From assembly GCA_951406725.2 (NCBI GenBank), contig OX597827.1, positions 70,370,001 through 70,434,000 of the forward strand: a stretch of 64,000 bases of DNA, in the 5' to 3' direction. This document shows, one piece after another, positions 25,031 through 39,051 of the stretch. Position numbers and translations under genes: made by a program. Under the pieces are notes generated by a model. That model did not search any database, was not told the DNA's origin, and worked only from the letters and a program-made list of their open reading frames with translations. The stretch comes from Octopus vulgaris. Lineage: Eukaryota. Position 1 is the first letter of the stretch. Each line of letters begins with the position of its first letter.

Positions 25031-26800
25031 TTACGCACCGAGAAATAGCAACCAAATTTCTCTCAAATCATACACCATCACCACACACACCTGTCCTTCA
25101 TAAACAGGAAAGAGGTTTGGACAGTGTAGCTTTTACAGGGATACATAGTCTGAAAAAAGAAAAAGAAAATGGGATGGTCTCAGTGGGAAAGTCGCAACAT
25201 GGATCGCTTGAGATGACCGAAGGCTAAACGAACGTTATCACCATCGGTATGTGACAAGAAGCGTGTATCTATGTAGTCATTGAATTCGCTAGAAATAGCA
25301 GCCAGATAGCTTTCTATTTACTTAGGCCCATCGTCTTCAGAAAGATAATACAATCTTCGATACACTATGCCTGGAAAAAGAAATATATATAAATATATAA
25401 ATAAAAAGGGGGAAAAAATCTTTCGTTTGGTCTGCTCGATCAAGGGTGACCCGGTGTTAAACAAGAACACTAATTGTTTAATTGCGTAGGAATGATAACG
25501 GGACGACGTAATTAAAGATATTCGAAGACATGGTCGAAGCCAGGCTTCTATTTAAATTATAAATAAATCTTTTGCTGGTGTATCTCAGGCAACATGGTAA
25601 GACAACAGGATAACGCCGTTATTTGAAAAGGTTAGGAAGGTAAAAGAGGAGGATGAAATAAAATAAAATAGGATAAAATTATCCTTAATCTCTTATATCC
25701 ATGAACCGTCAAAACTTTTATATCCCTAAATCTATCATGAAAATTAATTCTTTTCATAATTCATTTTGCTTTAATTTATTTTATTTCGCCCTTTACTTTC
25801 CTGACCTCTCCGACTAACGGAGATGACCTGTTACCTTACTTAACAAATAAATTAATAAAATTATGATAATAAAAATAAAAATGAAAAAAAGAAATTGACT
25901 CTATCGGCGTTTTAGTTACGGAGATTTAGGTTTTAAGTTCAAATGCCGCCGAGGTCAGCTTTGCTTTCCCCCCTTCTGGGATCGATACCGATCGATTTCA
26001 GAACATTCCTATAAAGCACCCTGGATTTGAATGGAAATTAAAATAGAAGCCTAAGAAAACAAGTTTAGCAGTTTAGCATCAACAAGTACATGAATACCAT
26101 CGTTATAAATGACAATGAGGGGACCTTTTGGTGGTCGTTCGGTATGCTAGAAATAGAAGCTAAATCTCACCCTTCCCCCACTCCCTCATCAAACTGTCTT
26201 GAGGAAGGGGAGGACACACACACACATACACATACTCACACACATACACAGAGGACGGGATGGTCATGGCCGGAACGCCTCTGATCACAGGCCTGCTCAA
26301 AAGCTTTTAAGATTTGAATGGAATTTTTAGAGAAAGGGTTGTTGACCTGGGACTACACAAAATTATCACCACCACCACCATCACCATCACCCAACCATCA
26401 TCATCATCAATTATGCGAACATTATTCATTATCGTGACGAGGGAACCTCTTCGTGGTTGCACCATCTACCAAAAATAGAAGTCAAATCTCAACTCCATCC
26501 CCCACCAAACTCTACCGTCTTGAGAACGGGAAGGACATATTATAATATAAGACAGGAGGTTCATGGTCGGAAGGCCCCCCCCCCCCTTATCATTGGTCTA
26601 CTCTAAAGCTTTCTAATTGTGAATGGAATTATGACATTAAAAGAAAAAGGAAAGAAGGATTGACCCCGGGGCTAAACAAAAATCATCATCATCATCATCA
26701 TCATCAGTAGAATTAGCAACAACAACAGCAACAGCCGATGTTGTTGCCGCAATAATGAAAGTAGAGAAGCAATATATTGAGAATAAATAATGATAATGAT

Positions 26801-26843
26801 ATCTCGCGAGATTTCATCGCGAGAGTTCATACCAAGTCTCGCG
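26801..26843. promoter_or_regulatory. Cluster of three CGCG (TCTCGCGAGA-type) elements, putative promoter
   Basis: ATCTCGCGAGAT at 26801-26812, TCGCGAGA at 26817-26824 and TCTCGCG at 26837-26843. Confidence 0.55.
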
Positions 26844-26911
26844 TAATATTTCGTTTCGCCCCCGAGCTTTTTTTTTTTTTTCTTTTTTCAAATTTATTTA
26901 TCGATTATTAA

Positions 26912-26956
<45 letters not shown>

Positions 26957-27009
26957 CATATTATTATATTATCATTAATTTATTTACTTATTTACATTTA
27001 TCAAATTTC

Positions 27010-28370
27010 GTTGCCGTTCCCATTTCATTCATCCTTATTCATCTCACTTTTTCTCTTTCAGTTTTTCTGTCTTCCCCTCATTTCTTCCCCCACCCCTTTT
27101 CCTTCTTCTTTCTGCTTTTTGTTTTCTTCTTTCTCCTTTAATTTTCTTTTCTTTTTTTCTCTTTTACCAATAAATTTAATTTTACGACCTCTCTCTCTCT
27201 CTCTCTCTTTCTCCCTTTATTTCTGTCTCTGTCTCTCTCTCTATCTCTTTTTCTTATCTCAGCTTTCTCCTCCTCCTCTATTTCCTCTTTCTCCCTAAAC
27301 ACTCTTCTACTCCCTTTGTCTCTCTCTCTCTCTCTCTCTTATCCTTCTCTCTATCTCACTATTATCTCCCTTTCTGTTCTTCTCTATATCTCACTAACAT
27401 CTCCCCCTCTCTCACTCTCTATATCACAACAATATCTCCCCTTCTCTTATTGTTTTATCTGTCTCACTAATATCTCCCCCTCTCTTTTCCTTCTTACTAT
27501 CTCACTAACATCTCTTCCTCTCATATCCTTCTTTTTATTTCACTAACACTTCCCCTCATTCTCTCTCCCTTAATAATGTTTTTCTCCCTCGTTTTATCCT
27601 TCTTTCTACCTCACCAACACTCCCCCTCTCTATATAATTACGCACACACATACACACACACGCTAATCCTGTCATCCACCTCTCCATTATCTCCCCTCCA
27701 CGCTTTAGCCCCGCCCATATTTTTTTTTTCATATATTCACTCTTACTTCTCCTCATAGATTTTACTCCTACCATCTCAAATCACTTATTCGCTCTCTCTC
27801 TTTCTCTTCCCTTTTCTTTCTCTATCTCTAATTGATTAAACTTTCTTTCTCTACTACTATTACTTCCTTATCAATCACTTCCACCTCCGTCTACGTATCT
27901 CTCTATTACTCCGACCCCCTCTTTATCTTTTCCCCACTTTCTTCCTTCCCCTCTCTCTCTTGCTTTTGCTTTCTCTCTTACTCTTTCCCCTCTCTTTCCC
28001 CCTCTGTCTCTTGCTTTTGCTTTCTCTCTTACTCTTTCTTCTCTCTTTCCCTCTCTCTCTTGCTTTTGCTTTCTCTCTTACCCTTTCTTCTCTCTTTCCC
28101 TCTCTCTCTTGCTTTTGCTTTCTCTCTTACTCTTTCCTCTCTCTCTTTCCCTCTCTCTCTTGCTTTTGCTTTCTCTCTTACTCTTTCCTCTCTCTCTTTC
28201 TCTTCTCAGCTTCTTTCCTCCTGTCACTCTCTCTCTCCCCTTGATTTATTACCGTTTCTATTTCCTCCTACTCTCTATTAGAACTCTCTATTAATACAAT
28301 CTTTCCTCCACCTCTCTATCTTTCTCTCTCTCTCTCTTCCGCTTCCCCTTTCCTCCCTCCCCACCACACT
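27010..28370. repeat. Long CT-rich polypyrimidine tract including a ~48-bp tandem repeat (27950-28200)
   Basis: About 5 copies of ctctcttgcttttgctttctctcttactcttt. Confidence 0.85.
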
Positions 28371-28901
28371 ATCACTTATTGCAACAGTTCAGTTTTGCTG
28401 TTATCCATGAGACACAAATCTTGTCTTGTCCATCACTGTTAACCAAAGCTGTTTTCGCAAAGGATAACCCGGAAAAAAATACCACAACAACGATATTAAG
28501 CAGAATCCGAAGGGTAAACAATATTCTATGTATATAATTTCAACATATTTATTTCCATTAACACACAAAATACATACGAATCACTGACATTCTTTTAATT
28601 CGAAGTGCAATCCAATTAAGAACACGGTGTCTGGGACAAATTCTGCCTTCAGATTTGTTCCCTAATTAAGTTTGACATCATTTTTACTCGTCTTTCTATC
28701 TGTGTACAGCTAAATATGTATCTATTATAGATCGAAAGGCGGAATTAGGAGAGGAAAACGCATTGTCCTTGTGTTCATTTATATATAAATGTATAAATCT
28801 AAGATAAAAGATGCGAACACGAATACATTTATGATATACGCCCCTAATACTATAAACCCGTTATCTGCATCTTGTGCTTACAGACGTTAAAAAGTGTGTG
28901 C

Positions 28902-28936
<35 letters not shown>

Positions 28937-29762
28937 CATACACAATGTAGTGTGTGTAATATCAATTCTGTAGTCTGTCATAGTATCGCTGCAGTTCCGC
29001 CACATTTTAATATATGACAGTGAAAGCTGTGTTTGACACATAGTGAATGATCTGCCAAGGTGGGAAAACAAACGAGGATACTGCAAGCGTGTGAGCCCCT
29101 ATGTAGTTGTTCATCTTGCTAGAAACAGCAATCAAATTTCCCTTTAAAAAAAATCCACACCCTTCCGTCTTTAAAAACGACGGTATTTTACTCGTATGTA
29201 AGGCCTTTGGACATAATCAGCTCAGTTAGGGCTGATCCGAGGCGAAAGCAACAAACGAACACCTTTAAGGTAAAAGGAAATAATGACAATAATTGCCTCT
29301 TGGCCAGTAATTTTTTAGGGGACAGGTAGAATCGGTGTCATCGACTCCAGTACTCGTACTTTATTTTATCGATCCCTAAAGGGATGAAAAACAATGTTGA
29401 CCCCCAGCGAGGGTAGCTCTCTCTAATCTTGTTGAGCTGGTTAAAAAAGAGACGTGTGTAAGATCTAATCGGTGTTGACACCCACCGGGACTTTTTATTA
29501 GACTGCAACATATGTATAAGAACATATAAACACAGTCGTGTATATATATACATATATATATTCATACATACACGCACATACCAATCAAGCTGTGAGCTAA
29601 ATGTGATAACCTTACGTTTTCTTTACTTTTGCTCATTTCTCTCTGTTCGAATAGACGTGTACTCAAAAAGTATTCCTACTTGACCAACCCATGTTCTATT
29701 TCAGATCTTGTGTGAGACTGTATGAGGAATCATTTTCTTATTGAAGGTGGTAGTGTGTGATT

Positions 29763-30102
29763 TGAGAATGTAGCTGCTATCTCTAGTAGATCGAGCGATC
29801 CCATAGACTCATTGACAAGTACAGCTGGCCTGAGAATGTAGCTGCTATCTCTAGTAGATCGAGCGATCCCATAGACTCATTGACAAGTACAGCTGGCCTG
29901 AGAATGTAGCTGCTATCTCTAGTAGATCGAGCGATCCCATAGATTCATTGACAAGTACAGCTGGCCTGAGAATGTAGTTGCTATCTCTAGTAGATCGAGC
30001 GATCCCATTGACTCATTGACAAGTATAGCTGGCCTGAGAATGTAGCTGCTATCTCTAGTAGATCGAGCGATCCCATTGACTCATTGACAAGTATAGCTGG
30101 CC
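29763..30102 (+). repeat. Tandem repeat, 68 bp x 5
   Basis: Unit tgagaatgtagctgctatctctagtagatcgagcgatcccatagactcattgacaagtacagctggcc, starting at 29763, 29831, 29899, 29967 and 30035. Confidence 0.95.
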
Positions 30103-31114
30103 TGTTAGAACATTTTACTAATTCGGATAAATTTTGTTTCATTAACAGTTGGTTTAATGTATGTCAAAAAAGGTGGAATAAAAAAAAATTCAACCCTGCC
30201 AAAGGTTTGAATCCTTGGTATGTCATTTTATTCAAAAGGGCCCTTCTTGATACCAACCCGTGTGAGCCACCCTTGGTTCTGTAAGTTAATCTTGTTTTGA
30301 AGTGATCTACATTAAAATCTTCCGTTAAAATCTCATGTTAATTTATGTCCCAAAACAGAAGCTTCATATCGACAAAGTTAATTTCCAAAATTAGTCATTA
30401 TTTTCGAAATTAATTGAACGTAAATACGATAACAAAAGGGGTAACGTGATTTTAATTAAGATCTTCCATCAAAATTCCACCTGCTTCATAATGACAAGCT
30501 CAATTAGCTAAATTCTTCGTTATCATTAAAATTAACTGAAGCAAAACCAAAATATTTCAACAGAGAAATATACTAATAAAAGGGTTAAAATATAGGTGGG
30601 TTTTTTTAGGCAAAAAAAAAAAAAAGCCGAAGTCTTATCGACACGTATACACACGCACCTATGTATCAGAATGTGTGTGATTTCGTCAATGGTTACGTGT
30701 GTGAGTAGTTTGACAGCCCCGGCATCTCGTGGTAGAAAGTGAAGAAGAATCGTTGCAATCTATTAACATCGATTTGCATTATTGCGCACCAGAAAGCCGG
30801 AAACCTTTAAAGTAATCATATATAACTGAAACACACGGAAGGTGTTATTCGCACCTACCTAGCAGCAGCAGCAGCGGCGGCAGTAGTAGTTGTAGTAGTA
30901 GTATAGCGGTGTAACGTGGTTTTTAGATATTAACACATCCTCCAAGCACAAAAACACACATACACATCAGTATGATGCGAATCTGTATCATACTTACACA
31001 CACACACACACGATAATCTGTTTTGCATCGATAAAATTTGAATCTGCCACTACATGTTATATATATATATTCCACATTAGGTACGATGTATATACATACA
31101 TTCACACATACAAA

Positions 31115-31151
<37 letters not shown>

Positions 31152-31414
31152 ACACACACACATATACTAATACTTCGTATATACACACCCACCTGTGGGC
31201 GCGTAATTGTATTGCATTTCGAGTGAGTGGGTGGGTGTATGTATGTATGTATAAATATATATGTATAATTGTGTATATAGTTATACAGTTATTTCTCAGA
31301 TGTAGATCAGACGTCTACATCGTTATTTGTGTATAACATACATATTCATGAAGTGCGAGTGGGTGTATAGCAACCCACACATACACGTATATTTGTATGT
31401 ATACATGCATAAGA

Positions 31415-31452
<38 letters not shown>

Positions 31453-32383
31453 TCTTATACTTGTATATATTCTTATATGATATATGTATCGTTGCTTTTT
31501 AAGAAAACGATAAAATAGTTTCACAATTCCATTTCTTTTTACATTAGCAACAGTTGCAGTTTAACCATCGTTTTAGGGCCGATAAATCAAGTACCAGTTG
31601 CGTACTGGGTCGATCTAATCGACTGGCCCCTTCCCCCAAAATTTCGGACTTTGTGCCTCTGAGTAGAAAAAAATAAATACTTTGTTGGGTGCGTAAAATC
31701 GTAACTCCGTGCGTGTAATGATATTTTCAGTCAGAAATATTTTTTGCAAAGCTGTCTTATGTGGGGCTTACTACACTTTTGGCAAAATGCGAAACCTTTG
31801 AGTTACATTTTGACAATTCGTATCTGAGGCAGCTGGGGGGGGGGGGGTCGATGGTTTAACCAAAAAGAACCGGGTATTGCAAGCAAAATCAAATATCAAA
31901 TAAAAAAGAAAAAATACACACACACAAAGAACGCATTTGGCCAATTTGGACATACGACAGTTTAACATAATAGCAACAGTATATATATATATATAAATAT
32001 ATAATTATTTGAGGGAATATTAATCCTAACTTACAGGGAAAAATTCAATTTAGAAATACTAAATCAAATTTCACACAATATAATATATATATATATATGA
32101 ATGAGAAAAAACCCACTTTTTATCAATTCAAAATGGACAATTAAATTACACCATCTAGAAAATTACATATGTGCCCCAGCATGGCCGTGGCCTTCGGGCT
32201 GAAACATTTTTAAGGATTTAAGGATGATAGAAATATTAAAATTAAAATAATAACATACCAATGATTAAGTAAATTGCAAAAAAAAATTATAAAAACGTAT
32301 ATAATTGGTATTTCTAATTTATATATATATATATATATATTCACACTAACTACTTCATAAATTCTTATAAAGATTTTATCCTA

Positions 32384-32428
<45 letters not shown>

Positions 32429-33481
32429 TATTTGTATTCTCTAACAACTCCCCATACTCCTCATCCACCTCTTTATTGAATTTAATGTCTCTACATCTTT
32501 CCCTGACTGTTCAGTAACAACGTACTGCCATTCGTTATAAATCGGTGGTAATTAAATATCTATATCACTCCCCAATAATTATTATCTCTTGGACTAATTA
32601 AAAATCTATAATGCCCTACAGTCCTAATTGAATATCTAATTTATCCGTACACTAAAGCATACTACAATAGCTCAATATGCAATCTTTTCTTTATCATGTC
32701 TAACCGAATATATTCACCATCCGCATTTTGAAATTGACCGTCATCATCATCATCGTCAACGCCGTCATATTCAACATCATCGTCAACGCCGTCATACTCA
32801 ACATCATCGTCAACGCCGTCATACTCAACATCATCGTCAACATAAAAAACATCATCGTCATCATCATCAGCACTATCTCATCACTGCTACCATCATTATC
32901 TTACCATTACCACCGCATCATCACCATCATCATCATGATGACTGCTGTTACCACTGTTTCTCATTGCCACCTCCACAACCACCATCTTCATGATTATTAC
33001 CATATCATCTCAATTATCATCATCACTACTGTCAACATCATCATAATCATCATCACCACCTTTTTATCATCAGTGTCTTGACATCACCACCACTACCATC
33101 CTCATCCTATTCCGCCTCGTCACCATCATCATCATCACCATCATAATTGTCAACCACCACCAATACCATCATTGCCATTCTTGCTACCACCAGCCTTCAT
33201 TATCATTATCATCATCACCCTCCTACTGCTTCTCCTCTCCATCATCATCATCACCACCATCGTAATCGTCGTCATTGTAAGCTTTATGTCATGGGTTTGC
33301 AGTGTTATACCTTTTCCAGTCCAGTCTGATAATCTTTTTGTTCAACAATCAATAATTTGTGTGTGTGCTCGCAGACAAGTATTTAATAATTTGTCCAAGT
33401 GTAATTAAGGACCTGTCACTTGGCCTAACCCTCACCATCAACCCATGAGTGATTTTAACAGAAGCCACTTAAGCCTTTGAA

Positions 33482-33939
33482 CCAGCCCTCTTTCAACATG
33501 AGGACAATATCCTAGGAGCAACCCTCTTTCTACATGAGGACAATATCCTGGGAGCAACCCTCTTTCAACATGAGGACAATATCCTCGGAGCAGCCCTCTT
33601 TCTACACGAGGACAATATCCTAGGAGCAGCTCTCTTTCAACATGAGGACAATATCCTAGGAGCAGCCCTCTTTCAACATGAGGACAATATCCTAGGAGCA
33701 GCCCTCTTTCTACATGAGGGCAATATCCTAGGAGCAGCCCTCTTTCTGCATGGAGACAATATCCTAGGATCAGCCCTCTTTCTACATGAGGACAATATCC
33801 TAGGAGCAGCCCTCTTTCCACATGAGGACAATATCCTCGGAGTAGCCCTCTTTCTACATGAGGACAATATCCTCGGAGCAGCCCTCTTTCTACATGAGGA
33901 CAATATCCTAGGAACAGGCCTCTTTCTACATGAGGACAA
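33482..33939 (+). repeat. Minisatellite, 36 bp x ~13
   Basis: Unit cagccctctttctacatgaggacaatatcctaggag. Confidence 0.95.
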
Positions 33940-34925
33940 TGTCCTTCCTTCTTTCCTTTTAATCACGTGGGCCTTGAAAAGTGTCATCTGCTTTGCTTTC
34001 TTCCTTCAAACCAGGGGTTTCTCTTCTCAGACTAATGACTTCCAATCTTTGCTCCTTCAAAATGTTAGTAAAAGCTTCTGCCCTACTCCCAGCCCCTTAT
34101 AAAGGTTTTTTAAAATTATTTTAGGCACAAATGCAACAGTTTTTAAGAGGAGGAGGAAGTTTAATTATTTACATTAACCCTTGTTCTTAACAGTTCCTTT
34201 ATTTTAAGGACCCCGTCCTCCTTGAGAAGGATGGAAGGCAAATTTGACTACACCAAGATTTGAACTCAGGATGTAAAGAACCGGAATAAATACTGCAAAC
34301 CATTTTTCCGATGTGCTGACAATTCTGCCAATCTGAGCAGACAAAACACATCTTGCATCCATTTAATTCTCTCTTTATCATTGTTTCACAAGCTCAATAA
34401 AAAAAAAAGAGATTGAAAACCACCTTAATTTTACTAGTTGTGGATAAATATGTCCATAGTAGTCCTGGGGGGTGGGACCCATTTTCTAGTTGAGATCATT
34501 TTCACTTCTATTTCTAATGACCTTAAAAATGTATTATAATTTCTTCATCATCATTATCATTTAACGTCCGTTTTTCCCTGCTGGCATGGGCTGGACGGTT
34601 CGACAGGAGTTAGCAAGGCCAGGAGCCCTACCAAGTTCCACAGTCATCATAATCCCACCCCCCTTTTTTTTGTTTACTTTTTTGTTTTTACCTTCAGAAA
34701 TACACCTGTGCAATTATATTGGGCGGTCTAATAAAATAATAAATGACTAAATAAATAAATAAATAGGAAAATAAAAATTAAAATAAGAAAAAAGTGGAAA
34801 TTTTACCGGTGAGTGTATTAGAATATAAGGCACAAAAAGAAAATGACTCTCCCCAGACACAACAGAATATGCTTCAACACACGAACACGTATAAAGAATC
34901 TTGCAAACCAAACCCCAAAACGAAA

Positions 34926-35308
34926 TCTCTCTATATATAAACGGCAGTTTGTCTGTGTGTGTTTCTGTGTGTCTGTTTGGTTGTACCCTCACCCTGACCA
35001 CGGCTTTCAACCGATTCTGATGAAACTTGACACACACATAGCCCAATGTCATAATTCAAAACTAATGCAGCGAAAATTTTGAAAAGTTCCCCCAGTTCTG
35101 AAAAAAATCGATAAATTCGACATGGGGTCGAGAATCAGAAACACAAACCACAGACTGTCTAGGGGGCGCAACTCGACCTTTTTAACTCTCAAAAAAAATT
35201 TACCATCATTTTTTTTCCATTTTTTGCTATTTTTTGGCTATAACTCTCTAAAAATGCTTTATAGTTATTTCCCTTACAAACCCGAGCAACGCCGGGCGAT
35301 ACTGCTAG
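34926..35308 (+). mobile_element. Non-autonomous Helitron
   Basis: 5' TC, 3' CTAG, subterminal hairpin cccgagcaacgccggg, inserted between A and T with no TSD; homologue at 58012. Confidence 0.85.
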
Positions 35309-36039
35309 TAAATAAATAAAATTTGTCAAATATTATTTTTGTTGTATTTTGTTATTGAACACCAGCCTTTTTCTGGTTGGTGGATTTCACAGACATTATT
35401 CCAATTCTGATGAAATGGTTTTGTGCCTGGACAAACAAATCAGTTTATTAACACAAAGACAATGGCTGTTGTTGTTGTTGGTGGTGGTCAGCCTTGATGT
35501 TGGCTTACGGATAACAAAAGCCATCACATCCGAAGCCAATCAACTTCTTTTTGTTTTTCCACACAATGCATCTAGGACTACTATAGTGATTTGAGGGAGA
35601 TTTGGTTGCTATTTCTTGCAGGTTTAATAACTGTATAGAGCCTACCTCATTGCCCTGGTCAGTTGTGACAGATCAAAACCACGATCAAAGCTGTTCCAGT
35701 GGTGACCATCCTATCTATCCTTTTTATTTTATTATTTTTTTTTTTTTGTTAGACATAGTATATCAAGGTCTAAGTTATTCACTGCAGAGTAGGAGCTTTG
35801 ACTGCTAGCTCTAACAGGTCAAGCAACTGCGTAGTAGCAATCAATGGTTGCTTTGAAGCAACCATTAGAAAGTCATTGTACATGCCTGATGTACCTCATT
35901 GTTCCAAGTTCAATTCTTATTAGAGACGACTTCTCTTTTTATCTTCCAAGTGTCGAGAAATATGCAACCGCGATATACTGGCATTAATTCACTTAAGTAT
36001 GTCTTCCCAGCAGAAAAACTAACTCAGGGATTAGTCCAA

Positions 36040-36077
<38 letters not shown>

Positions 36078-36262
36078 TATTAATAATAATAACAATAATA
36101 ATGATAATAATAATGATAATAATAATGATAATAATAATGATAATAATAATAATAATAATAATGATAATAATAATGATAATAATAAAAATAATGATAATAA
36201 TAATGATAATAATAATAATCATAATAATAATAACAATAATCATAATAACAACAATAATAATA

Positions 36263-37200
36263 ATCCTTTCTATTATAGGCACAAAGCCTGAAATTGTGAG
36301 GGGAGGGGGGCTAGTTGATTACATTGATCCCCAGTGCGTAACTGGTACTTAATTTATCAACCTCGAAAAGACGAAAGGCAAAGTCGACCTTGGTGGAATT
36401 TGAACTCAGAACGTATATATAAACGGATGAAATGCCACTGTGCATTTTGCTTGGCGTGCTAACGATTCTGCCAACTCGTCATCTTCACAATAACGATAAT
36501 TAATGATACTTTCTACTGGAAATACAAGGCCTCAAATTTGGGGAAAGGATTAAGCCAATTACATCAACCCCTGTGGATAACTGGTACTTATTTAATCGAC
36601 CCCGAAAAGGTGAAAGGTAATGGTAACCCCGGGGTAATTTGAACTCAGAACGTAGTGGCAGATGAAATATCGCTAAGCGTTTTGCCCAGCATGCTAATGA
36701 TTCTGCCAGCTCGTGGTCCTTAATGATAATAATAGTAATAATTGTAATTCTTTCTACTATAAGCACAAGGCCTGAAATTTGAGAGAGGGGTTAAGTCGAT
36801 TCCAGAACTTAACTGGTACTTGATTTATTGACCCCGAAAAGTTGAAAGGCAAATTTGACCCAGTTGGAATTTGAACTCAGAGCACGAAGACAGACAAAAT
36901 ACTACTAAGCATTTCGTCTGATGTGCTAACAATTCTACCACCTTGTGGTCCTTCATGATAATAATGATAATAATAGTAATAATAATAATCCTTTCTTCTA
37001 TAAGCACAGGTCCTGAAAATTTGGTGGTGGGGTATAGTCGGTTATATCGACCCCAGCACTCAACTGGTACTTATTTTACAGACCCCAAAAGCATGAAAGG
37101 CAATTCGATCTTGATGGCATTTGAACTCAGAATGTGAAGATGGACGAAATACCCCCAAGTATTTTGTCTGGAATGCTAATGGTTCTTTCCAGCCTGCTGC
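36263..37200 (-). mobile_element. Head-to-tail family A SINE units separated by (AAT)n
   Basis: Four reverse-complement Nin-like cores. Confidence 0.85.
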
Positions 37201-37202
37201 CT

Positions 37203-37625
37203 TAATAATAATAATAATGATAATAATAATAATAATAATAGTAATAATAGTAATAGTAATAATAATAATAATAATAGTAATAATAATAATAATAATGATA
37301 ATAGTAATAATAATAATAATAATAATAGTAATAATAATTATAATATAATAATAAAAATAATAATAATATTATAATGATAATAATATGATGATAATAATAA
37401 TAATAATATGATAATAATATAATAATAATAATAATTATAATAATAATAATGATAATATAATAATAATAATAATATAATATATAATAATAATAATAATGAT
37501 AATATAATAATAATAATGATAATATAATAATAATAATAATAATAATATAATAATAATAATTATAATAATAATAATGATAATATAATAATAATAACAATAA
37601 TATAATAATGATAATAATAATAATT
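37203..37625. repeat. (AAT)n microsatellite
   Basis: Directly visible. Confidence 0.95.
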
Positions 37626-38463
37626 TAGACACATTTTATGTTTAAATTTCTGTAATTTTGAATTTTTATCACTTCTTATTTTGAGCTTGATAAAGACAGA
37701 CGTACTGTTGAAATATCGTTCAACTAATAAAATATCTTACAATCGAATCGTGCTCTTTATCTTGACTAGTAATAATAATAATGGTTTCAAATTTTAGCGC
37801 AAAGCCAGCAGTTTTAGGAGAGGCTGGTATGCTGATTACATCAACCTCAGTATTCAACAGGTACTTATTGATGAAAGGCAAAACTGAAGCTGGAAGAATG
37901 CTGCTAAATATTTTGTCCGACTAGCTCGTTTAATGATAATAATTATTATCATTAAAGAGGCGAATTAGCGGAAGCATTAGATCATGAATCTAAATGTCAT
38001 GTGACATTTAGTCACCGACCTTTATGTTCTGAGTTCAAATACCATTGAAGTCAGTGCTGTTCACCCCTTTTAAAGTGTCAATAAAAATTGTATTAGTCAG
38101 GTATTTAGGAGTCGAGGAGAGTCAGTGGTAGGGATTAATCCTGCCAATTCCTCAGAAAAATCTTCAGGTAGTGTGTCTAAATTAGAAACCATTAGCGGCG
38201 AGCTGGCAGAATCGTCAGCACATCAGGCTAAATGTTTAGTGGCATTTCATCCATCATTATGTTCTGAGTTCAAATTCCGTGGAGGTCAACTTTGCCTTTC
38301 ATCCTTTCGGGGTTTATAAGTACCCATTGAACACTATGGTCAGTTTAATCGACTTAGCCCCTCCTTCGGAATTACTGGTCTTGTGACCAGTTACACACTA
38401 GGGTCAATGTCATCAACTACACCTCTCCCCTAAATTTCAGTCCTTGTGCCTATAATAGAAAGG

Positions 38464-38497
<34 letters not shown>

Positions 38498-38705
38498 GGG
38501 TGGCGAGCTGGCAGAATCATTAGCATGCTGGGTGAAATACTCAGCGATATTTTGCCTGTCGCTATGTTCTGAGTTCAAATTCCGCCGAGGTTGACTTCAC
38601 CTTTCATCCTTCCAGTACTCAACAGGTTTTACTTTATTGACCCTGAAAGTATAAAAGACAAATCTGATATTGGTGGAATAATAATAATAATCCTTTCTAC
38701 TATTA

Positions 38706-38875
38706 TGCCCACGGGCATATGGCATAGTGGTTAAGAGTGCGGGCTACTAACCCCAAGATTCCGAGGTTAATTCCAGGCAGTGACCTGAATAATAATAACA
38801 ACATTGAAAAATGCCTTAGGAATGAGAACCCAGGTTTGAAATTTCCCCAAAACACCTGATGAAGGTGTCTTGGGG
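38706..38875 (+). mobile_element. tRNA-head/hammerhead SINE, truncated and folded back at the ribozyme core
   Basis: tRNA-like head, then ccccaaaacacctgatgaaggtgtcttgggg. Confidence 0.8.
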
Positions 38876-39051
38876 CGATAAATTAAGTACAAGTACTAGG
38901 ATTGATGTGATCGATTGACCCCTCCCCACAATAATCCAGGCCTTGTGCCTATAGTAGAAAGGATTATTATCATTATTATTATTATTAACATAAGTACAAG
39001 ACCAAAGATTTTTGGGGAATTGTGTAGTTAAATCAACCTGAGTAGTTAAGT

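Noticed and set aside
29763-30102. 68-bp array as CRISPR
   Set aside because: Whole units are near-identical, so there are no spacers.
33438-33987. 36-bp repeat as a CRISPR array or a repeat protein (ERGLLLGYCPHV)n
   Set aside because: Units are contiguous with no unique spacers, there are no cas genes, the context is eukaryotic, and there is no coding evidence.
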